From Alphaproteobacteria bacterium (lineage in GTDB: Bacteria > Pseudomonadota > Alphaproteobacteria > Acetobacterales > Acetobacteraceae), in the NCBI GenBank assembly GCA_026225015.1, contig JAMFRY010000062.1:1-56728 (forward strand): 56,728 bases of DNA, in the 5' to 3' direction. The position numbers and the translations under genes were made by a program. The notes beneath the pieces are model-generated. The model saw nothing but the letters and a program-made list of their open reading frames with translations, did no database searches and had not been told where the DNA came from. Positions 52,003-56,728 of the stretch are shown piece after piece. The number at the start of each line of letters is the position of its first letter. Position 1 is the first letter of the stretch.

Positions 52003-52448
52003 CGATAAACGCGCTTCTGCCGTTTTACCGCTGGGAGTTGGCGCTGCATATCATCGCCTTTACCGCCTGGATGGCGGCCTTGTTCTACCTGCCGCGGCTT
52101 TATGTGTATCACGGTCAGATCCCGGCAGGGTCTACCGAATCGGCGCGGTTCAAGGTGATGGAGCGGCGCCTGCTGAAGCAGATTTCTAATCCCGCGATGA
52201 TCGCGACCTGGGTTTTGGGGATATTGCTGGTGCTGACCCCGGGGGCGGTGGACTGGCATGCCGGCTGGTGGTGGACCAAGCTGATCGCGGTGTTCCTGAT
52301 GAGCGGGTTTCATGGGGCTTGCTCCAAATGGCGGAAGAATTTTTTGAACGACGCCAATACCAAGCCGGAGCGGTTCTACCGGATTGCCAATGAAGTTCCG
52401 ACCGTTTTGCTGGTGATTATTGTGATTGCGGTGGTGGTTGTGCGGTAG
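51999..52448 (+). CDS. hemJ: Protoporphyrinogen IX oxidase HemJ
   Basis: LHIIA..WMAALFYLPRLYVYH, MERRL, RIANEVPT. Confidence 0.93.
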   Translation: MTINALLPFYRWELALHIIAFTAWMAALFYLPRLYVYHGQIPAGSTESARFKVMERRLLKQISNPAMIATWVLGILLVLTPGAVDWHAGWWWTKLIAVFLMSGFHGACSKWRKNFLNDANTKPERFYRIANEVPTVLLVIIVIAVVVVR

Positions 52449-52490
52449 GGGTTGAGCGTGATGGGCTTCGCTTCGCTCTGCCCATCCTAC
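52445..52490. repeat. GTAG-type REP (minus strand, 52460-52490) with a partial inverted partner overlapping the hemJ stop
   Basis: GTAGGGGTTGAGCG ... GATGGGCTTCGCTTCGCTCTGCCCATCCTAC. Confidence 0.8.
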
Positions 52491-52503
52491 GGGATTGAAT
52501 GGC

Positions 52504-52532
52504 TTGACGTTTGGGCCCATATGGCTCAATAA
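52504..52532 (+). promoter_or_regulatory. Putative sigma70 promoter of rho
   Basis: TTGACG-N17-CAATAA. Confidence 0.4.
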
Positions 52533-52628
52533 ACGCGGGCGGGGCCAATCGTGCCCCCGATTCCCTAGACCCAGAGCCCGGTGAACATGACGACCGGGCT
52601 GCATGCGGTTCCCCTGATTGGACGAGTA

Positions 52629-53903
52629 ATGCATCTTGCCGAGTTAAAGGCTAAAACCCCTACAGACCTTTTGAGTCTCGCCGAAGAGCTTGAGGTCGAA
52701 AACGCATCCTCGCTGCGCAAGCAGGATATCATGTTTGCGATCCTGAAGGCGTTCGCAGAAAACGATCAGGCCATTCATGGCGACGGAACTTTGGAAATCC
52801 TGCCGGATGGGTTTGGATTTCTGCGTAATCCGGAAGCGAATTATCTGCCTGGGCCGGAAGATATCTATGTCTCGCCGGCGCAGGTGCGGCGCTTTGGCCT
52901 GCGGACCGGCGATACGGTCGAGGGTGAAATTCGCGCGCCTAAGGAGGGTGAGCGGTATTTTGCCCTGGTGAAGGTCGACAAGATCAATTTCGAGGATCCG
53001 GATGCGGTGAAGCACCGGATCAATTTCGACAATCTGACACCGCTTTACCCGACCTCGCGGTTGCGGATGGAGGTTGAGGTGCCTGAGCCCACCACCAAGG
53101 GCATGCCGAAGGATAATACGGCGCGGGTGATCGACCTGATCGCGCCGATCGGCAAAGGGCAGCGGGCGCTGATCGTGGCGCCGCCGCGCACCGGCAAGAC
53201 GGTGATGCTGCAAAATATCGCCGCGGCAATTTCGGCGAATCATCCGGAAGTTTTCCTGATCGTGCTGTTGATCGATGAGCGGCCGGAAGAAGTGACCGAT
53301 ATGTCGCGCAGCGTGAAGGGCGAGGTTGTGGCCTCCACCTTCGATGAGCCGGCAACCCGGCATGTCCAGGTGACGGAAATGGTTTTGGAAAAAGCCAAGC
53401 GCCTGGTTGAGCATAAGCGCGATGTGGTGATTCTGCTGGATAGCGTGACGCGGCTGGCGCGGGCCTATAACACCGTGGTGCCGTCTTCAGGTAAGGTGCT
53501 TACCGGCGGTGTGGATGCCAATGCATTGCAGCGGCCAAAGCGATTTTTCGGCGCGGCGCGAAATATCGAGGAAGGCGGGTCCTTGACCATTATTGCAACC
53601 GCGCTGATCGATACCGGCAGCCGGATGGACGAAGTTATTTTCGAGGAATTCAAGGGCACCGGCAATACGGAAATTATTCTGGACCGCAAGCTCTCCGACA
53701 AGCGGACCTTTCCGGCGATAGACATCACCAAGTCGGGCACGCGCAAGGAAGAGTTGCTGGTCGAGAAATCGGTGCTCTCGAAGATGTGGGTTTTGCGGCG
53801 GATTCTCAATCCGATGGGAACCACCGATGCGATGGAATTCCTGTTGGATAAACTGAAATACAGCAAGACAAATTCAGACTTCTTTGAGGCAATGAATACT
53901 TAA
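52629..53903 (+). CDS. rho: Transcription termination factor Rho
   Basis: [46 protein letters not shown]. Confidence 0.98.
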   Translation: MHLAELKAKTPTDLLSLAEELEVENASSLRKQDIMFAILKAFAENDQAIHGDGTLEILPDGFGFLRNPEANYLPGPEDIYVSPAQVRRFGLRTGDTVEGEIRAPKEGERYFALVKVDKINFEDPDAVKHRINFDNLTPLYPTSRLRMEVEVPEPTTKGMPKDNTARVIDLIAPIGKGQRALIVAPPRTGKTVMLQNIAAAISANHPEVFLIVLLIDERPEEVTDMSRSVKGEVVASTFDEPATRHVQVTEMVLEKAKRLVEHKRDVVILLDSVTRLARAYNTVVPSSGKVLTGGVDANALQRPKRFFGAARNIEEGGSLTIIATALIDTGSRMDEVIFEEFKGTGNTEIILDRKLSDKRTFPAIDITKSGTRKEELLVEKSVLSKMWVLRRILNPMGTTDAMEFLLDKLKYSKTNSDFFEAMNT

Positions 53904-53959
53904 CATATCACTGCGATTGTCAACGCTTACGCAGCATTGGATTGAATTGAGGATTTGAA

Positions 53960-55267
53960 ATGCCGGATGTGAATGTCAGCGCCGATTATAAGGTTAGGGA
54001 TTTTTCTCTGGCCGAATGGGGCCGCAAGGAAATCGAGATTGCGCAGGACGAAATGCCTGGATTGATGGCGCTGCGCGAGGAGTTTGGTAAAGAGCAAATT
54101 TTGAAGGGCGCCCGGATAATCGGTTGCCTGCACATGACGATTCAAACTGCGGTGTTGATCGAGACGCTGACCGCCTTGGGTGCGAGCGTGCGCTGGTCGT
54201 CTTGCAATATTTTCTCGACGCAGGACCATGCGGCGGCGGCGATCGCGGCGACCGGGGTTCCGGTTTTTGCCTGGAAGGGCGAGAGCGAGGAAGAATTCTG
54301 GTGGTGCATCGAGCAGACCGTGCGCGGCCCCGATGGCTGGCTGCCGAATATGATTCTCGACGATGGCGGCGATGTGACCAAGCTGCTGCATGACAAATAC
54401 CCGGAGATGTTCTCGCATATTCGGGGGATTTCGGAAGAGACGACAACCGGCGTGCATCGGTTGTGGGAAATGGCGAAGGCAGGCGCGTTGCTGACGCCGG
54501 CGATCAACGTGAATGACAGCGTCACCAAATCCAAATTCGATAATCTGTATGGCTGCCGGGAAAGCCTGGTGGACGGCATCCGCCGCGGGACCGATGTGAT
54601 GATGGCCGGCAAGGTGGCCGTGGTGGCGGGATTTGGCGATGTGGGCAAGGGCTCCGCGGCATCATTGCGCAATGCCGGCTGCCGCGTGTTGGTGACCGAG
54701 ATCGACCCGATCTGCGCGTTGCAGGCGGCGATGGAAGGCTATGAAGTCGTCGAGATGGATGAGGCTGCCAAGCGCGGCGATATTTTCGTGACCGCGACCG
54801 GCAATGTGGATGTGATCAATATCGACCATCTGCGGGCGATGAAGAACCGCGCCATTGTTTGCAATATCGGCCATTTCGACAGCGAAATTCAGATCGACAG
54901 CTTGCGCAACTATAAATGGGAAAATGTCAAGCCACAGGTGGATGAGGTGGTGTTTCCGGATGGCAAGCGGCTGATCGTGCTCTCCGAAGGGCGGCTGGTG
55001 AATCTAGGGAATGCGACGGGGCATCCGAGCTTTGTGATGAGTGCGAGCTTTACCAACCAGGTGCTGGCGCAGATCGAACTTTGGACCGCGCCGCCAGGAA
55101 AATATGAGAACAAGGTATATGTGCTGCCGCGGCATCTGGACGAGAAGGTGGCGGCGCTGCATCTGGCCAAGGTTGGCGCCAAGTTGACCAAGCTGACGAA
55201 GAAGCAGGCGGATTATCTTGGATTGCCTGAGAGCGGGCCGTTCAAGCATGACCTTTACCGGTACTAA
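53960..55267 (+). CDS. ahcY: Adenosylhomocysteinase
   Basis: [57 protein letters not shown]. Confidence 0.98.
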   Translation: MPDVNVSADYKVRDFSLAEWGRKEIEIAQDEMPGLMALREEFGKEQILKGARIIGCLHMTIQTAVLIETLTALGASVRWSSCNIFSTQDHAAAAIAATGVPVFAWKGESEEEFWWCIEQTVRGPDGWLPNMILDDGGDVTKLLHDKYPEMFSHIRGISEETTTGVHRLWEMAKAGALLTPAINVNDSVTKSKFDNLYGCRESLVDGIRRGTDVMMAGKVAVVAGFGDVGKGSAASLRNAGCRVLVTEIDPICALQAAMEGYEVVEMDEAAKRGDIFVTATGNVDVINIDHLRAMKNRAIVCNIGHFDSEIQIDSLRNYKWENVKPQVDEVVFPDGKRLIVLSEGRLVNLGNATGHPSFVMSASFTNQVLAQIELWTAPPGKYENKVYVLPRHLDEKVAALHLAKVGAKLTKLTKKQADYLGLPESGPFKHDLYRY

Positions 55268-55301
55268 CGGCGGCTTTTCCGGCTAACGATCAAGGCCCCC
55301 G

Positions 55302-55712
55302 ATGCTGCAAACGGGTAATGTGGTTGCGTTGTTGGGGCTTGCGGCCTTGGTTGGTGGCATGCTGTTTTTCGGCGCGATCACGGCCCCGCTGATATTCACA
55401 AAATTGCCGCCGGATGTTGCCGGGCCGTTCATCCGGGCGGTTTTTCCGAGATATTATGCGTTTATCACGGTGACTTCAGCGGTTGCGGCGTTGGGGTTGC
55501 TGTTGCGTGGGTGGCCAGTTTCCGCCGTTGCGTTGATTGTGGTTGCCGCGTTGACGATCTGGTTGTGGTTCTGGTTGATCCCGCATTTGAATGCGTTGCG
55601 CGATGCAGGCGATACAGTGGGGTTCGATCGTGGGCACCGGCTTTCCGTTTGGTTGAATGGGCTGGAACTGATCACGGCGATTGTGGTGTTGGTACGGTTT
55701 GCGTTGGGCTGA
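55302..55712 (+). CDS. DUF4149-family membrane protein
   Basis: GGMLFFG..APLIF.KL..AG.FIRAVFPRYY, FDRGHRLSV. Confidence 0.8.
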   Translation: MLQTGNVVALLGLAALVGGMLFFGAITAPLIFTKLPPDVAGPFIRAVFPRYYAFITVTSAVAALGLLLRGWPVSAVALIVVAALTIWLWFWLIPHLNALRDAGDTVGFDRGHRLSVWLNGLELITAIVVLVRFALG

Positions 55713-55801
55713 GGTAAATAAGGGCGAGAAGCGGACATTCTATTTTTTGGATTTCGACGTTCGCTGCGGGCGGCAAAATGGCGGCTCCAGACGGCACTTA
55801 T

Positions 55802-55841
55802 CGATGGGCTTCGCTTGCGCTCAACCCATCCTACTTCTTGC
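55802..55841 (-). repeat. GTAG-type REP, left direct repeat flanking the TA module
   Basis: CGATGGGCTTCGCTTGCGCTCAACCCATCCTACTTCTTGC; 38/40 identical to 56553-56592. Confidence 0.9.
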
Positions 55842-55901
55842 TTCCGGCCTCGTATGGCAAAGACGATCCGCGGGCGGATAGGGTGAAGGGCGGCTCTTGC
55901 T

Positions 55902-55921
55902 TGTGTCTCGATTGAGATACA
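55902..55921. promoter_or_regulatory. Palindromic TA operator
   Basis: TGTGTCTC-GATT-GAGATACA imperfect palindrome just upstream of the antitoxin RBS. Confidence 0.6.
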
Positions 55922-55949
55922 CAATAGGAGGGCAATCAGGAGAACCACG

Positions 55950-56249
55950 ATGGCCGTGCAAACATCAATGCTCCACATCCGTGTAGACGATAAGCTAAAG
56001 GCCGACGCGGCGGAAAAGCTTGCCAATTTTGGCCTGACCGTCTCGGATGCTGTGCGTATTCTGCTCACCCGTGTCGCCAAGGAAGGCGGTTTGCCGGCCG
56101 GCCTGACCGCCGACCCGGAAGCCCATGACGCATGGTTCCGCGCCAAGGTGCGGGAAGCTCTAGCCGACACTCAGCCGACAGTGCCGCATCAGCAGGTGAT
56201 GGACGAGGCACAAGCATTGATAGACCGCAAGCGCCGTGCCCGAGCTTGA
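55950..56249 (+). CDS. RelB/DinJ-family antitoxin
   Basis: MLHIRVDDKLK..A..L..GLTVSDAVRILLTRVAKEGGLP, HDAWFRAKV. Confidence 0.92.
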   Translation: MAVQTSMLHIRVDDKLKADAAEKLANFGLTVSDAVRILLTRVAKEGGLPAGLTADPEAHDAWFRAKVREALADTQPTVPHQQVMDEAQALIDRKRRARA

Positions 56250-56532
56250 ATGGGTAGAGACCGCGCGCGCCGACTTGCTTGCGATTCTCGATTACATTTC
56301 GAACGAGAATCCGGACGCGGCGCAACGCCTTAAGGATGATATCGAGGCGAAGGCCGGGAAGTTGACCGAGTTTCCGAGGCTTTTCCGGCTGGGCCGGATC
56401 GAAGGCACACGCGAAATGGTCGTCTGGTCAAATTTCATCGTTGTGTATCAGGAGGATGCTTTCACTGTGCGCATCCTGCGTGTGTTGCACGCTGCACAGC
56501 AATGGCCGCCAGGGCAGGAGGTTCGGTCGTAG
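56236..56532 (+). CDS. RelE/ParE-family toxin
   Basis: LEW.ETARADL..I..YI..NP.AA, GRIEGTREMV, YQ..VRILRVLHAAQQWP. Confidence 0.92.
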   Translation: MPELEWVETARADLLAILDYISNENPDAAQRLKDDIEAKAGKLTEFPRLFRLGRIEGTREMVVWSNFIVVYQEDAFTVRILRVLHAAQQWPPGQEVRS

Positions 56533-56552
56533 CCTTTGCGCAGCCGGAAAAG

Positions 56553-56618
56553 CGATGGGCTTCGCTGGCGCTCAGCCCATCCTACTTCTTGCCTTTTTTC
56601 AAAAAAGAACCACTTCCC
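56553..56618 (-). repeat. GTAG-type REP (right direct repeat) fused to a family-A arm
   Basis: CGATGGGCTTCGCTGGCGCTCAGCCCATCCTACTTCTTGC-CTTTTTTCAAAAAAGAACCACTT. Confidence 0.9.
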
Positions 56619-56728
56619 TCATTTTTCAAGATCGCGCAGCACCTCGGGCGTGTGCAGGAGTTGGTTGATTTTGGTGGATTCCTCCAGCGCGATGTCGGGC
56701 AGGAAATTCAGGTCCGGGGTGATGCGCA
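56619..56728 (-). CDS. rbfA: Ribosome-binding factor A, C-terminal part (partial)
   Basis: Translated by hand: LRITPDLNFLPDIALEESTKINQLLHTPEVLRDLEK*, a typical alphaproteobacterial RbfA C-terminus. Confidence 0.8.
   Translation of the reverse strand, partial: RITPDLNFLPDIALEESTKINQLLHTPEVLRDLEK

Noticed and set aside
53904-53959. SAH/SAM riboswitch upstream of ahcY
   Set aside because: The spacer is only 56 nt and lacks recognisable motifs

Overview
This is a high-GC alphaproteobacterial chromosome segment. The gene set and repeat types suggest Acetobacteraceae such as Acidocella or Acidiphilium (inference). The window very probably contains oriC, between a DUF299/PpsR gene and hemE (48981-49260: DnaA boxes, an IHF consensus, four GANTC sites, an AT-rich tract). 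A perfect parS palindrome lies beside a parB gene that has no adjacent parA. Most genes are core: upp, chvG/chvI, pckA, envC-ctpA-yibQ-rppH, recQ, def, rpsU, mreCD-mrdA-rodA-murI, leuS-lptE-holA, pgm, galU, rplT/rpmI, hemE/H/J, rho, ahcY and partial rbfA. The usual alphaproteobacterial synteny is heavily shuffled. At least four families of short palindromic repeats occupy the intergenic spaces, often nested in each other and often at synteny breakpoints. Accessory features include three type II toxin-antitoxin modules: a RelB/RelE-type pair bracketed by 40-bp direct REP repeats like a cassette, a VapBC45-like pair converging on a chimeric tRNA-like element (Pro acceptor end, AAG anticodon), and a Phd-VapC pair. 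There is also a WcaJ-like EPS priming transferase interrupted by one in-frame TAG, three truncated or internally deleted gene relics (IS30, methyltransferase, alcohol dehydrogenase), and a ThDP enzyme with a non-canonical cofactor motif. All calls come from motif recognition by eye; no searches were run.
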